Positions 62,703 to 64,000 of a DNA stretch of 64,000 nucleotides are shown here, in pieces. Below the pieces are notes generated by a model, which was given only the letters and a program-made list of their open reading frames with translations, did not search any database and was not told where the DNA came from. How positions within the stretch are numbered: position 1 is the stretch's first letter; each line of letters opens with the position of its first letter. The stretch comes from Geosiphon pyriformis uo1. Taxonomy: Eukaryota; Fungi; Glomeromycota. The stretch lies in contig JAAOMT010000226.1 of the NCBI GenBank assembly GCA_016748015.1, positions 602,604-666,603 of the forward strand, given 5' to 3'. The position numbers were made by a program, and so were the translations under genes.

Positions 62703-64000
62703 TTTCACGCTTTGCAAAGAAAAGTAAATATAGTTTTTGAAAATCAGCTTTTTAAATGAATATATTACTTCATTAGGCTATTTGCCATTGAAGACCACAT
62801 TCTGTTTAATGATAAAAATATTTTAGCTTACACAAAATACACAAGAATATTTTTTGGTGCTAAATCTCAAAACTTCTTTCAAACCTATCTTTTAAATTAG
62901 TTCATTCGTCGAGACTTAAAATTTTCTAATGAATCGAAAACCGCAAAAATTTTTGAACGCATTTTAACAAAATAGAGAACAATTTTAACATATATTTTTG
63001 CTTCATAATTTTCATCTCCTCTAGGTTAGTATTTGGCGAGAACCCTAAACCACGATCGTAAGTTTCAAGTGTTTTTTGTAAAATTTGTTTATATTAAAAA
63101 TAACACAAAAAATAACTATAATTTCAAAATCCAAAGCGGACATTCAATGGTACTCGTAAATGACAAGTAAGCAATAAAAATTTATGTATATGATCCTTTT
63201 GAATTAATAGAAAAAGATCAAAAAAGAGAAGAATTGAAAATGGGAATTTCAATATTCTTTCTTATAATTAGGTTAATTATGTATGGAGGAAACATAATCG
63301 CAGCCAATGAAACCATATTAGAGTACACAAATGAACTCTGGACACTTAATATGTCAATATCTTTTTCAGTAGATTTACCACCCTGGGAAAAGCTTAATGA
63401 ATTTGAATATACCCAGCGAAGTGAATCACATTCAGCTAGCATAGGTGGTGCCGAATTTAAAGAAATGTTTATTTTCGGTGGTCATACATCTCAATATCCG
63501 CCACCTGCGAATTCAATGCGTATATTTGATCCAACATCTGAAACTTGGCGGATTCCAAATTCTTCACCAACACGCAGCTTTGGACACTCGGCAATAACTA
63601 GTTTTAATGAGCCAAAAATTGATTTTTTTGGTGGAGGGTTTAATGGAAAAAATAACACAACTTTACTAAACGATTTGGTGATTTATGATTCTATATTGAA
63701 TACCTGGACGAAACTTACAAAAAATAATTCTCCAGCGCCAATAGTAAGACATACTGACACTTTATTGAGCGATGGAAAAATGTTTGTTCTTGGTGGAGCC
63801 TTTTTTGAAAACGTTTATAATTTCTCCAGTATGTCTGACATATATGTATATGATACATTTACCGGAGAATGGACTCGAAAGGTTTTTTATCTGCTTAAAG
63901 AAACTTATTCATTAATTTGTTTTTTAAAGAGTTCAAGCTAATCTATGAAAATTAATGATGTTTTCAAGGTTGCAGTGGGGGACGTACCAGCAGCACGAGG
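62703..64000 (+). repeat. Segmental duplication, copy 2 (paralogous to 15595-16900)
   Basis: Collinear high identity with copy 1. The homology starts at the edge of the AT-rich block. Confidence 0.93.
62960..64000 (+). CDS. Kelch beta-propeller gene, copy 2, running off the window end; exons ~62960-63057, 63137-63166, 63272-63881, 63969->64000; original ATG deleted
   Basis: PKPRS/GHSMVLVNDK/LIMYGG, EMFIFGG, IDFFGG, GKMFVLGG and VYDTFTGEW. Exon 3 is open throughout and all introns are GT-AG. Confidence 0.75.

Overview
Eukaryotic, intron-containing, AT-rich fungal DNA. The gene families (Sel1, BTB, MATH-BTB, secreted Kelch, class-3 lipase-like) and the decayed transposons resemble Glomeromycotina, possibly a Geosiphon-like fungus; this is an impression from recall, not a search result. 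Bases 1-11.5 kb form a compact cluster: TDA10-like kinase, RCC1, a hidden dienelactone hydrolase pseudogene, PRP19, and an atypical TFIIB-core protein with a ~900-aa disordered N-terminus. The rest alternates between single genes and extremely AT-rich, CpG-stripped transposon graveyards. The single genes are SWIRM, BTB, Sel1, a pseudo-lipase, MATH-BTB, a small GPI-type protein missed by the ORF track, and two paralogous Kelch loci. The graveyards hold a full-length RNase H-bearing LINE riddled with C>T/G>A changes, a deleted Tc1 element and a tyrosine-recombinase remnant. The strongest leads are an apparent GG-AG intron in RCC1, the zinc-ribbon-less TFIIB paralogue, RIP-like or methylation-driven repeat hypermutation, a CpG-rich structured ~100-nt element with a (TAAAA)n tail, and reciprocally damaged Kelch duplicates. 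All exon structures were derived by hand.
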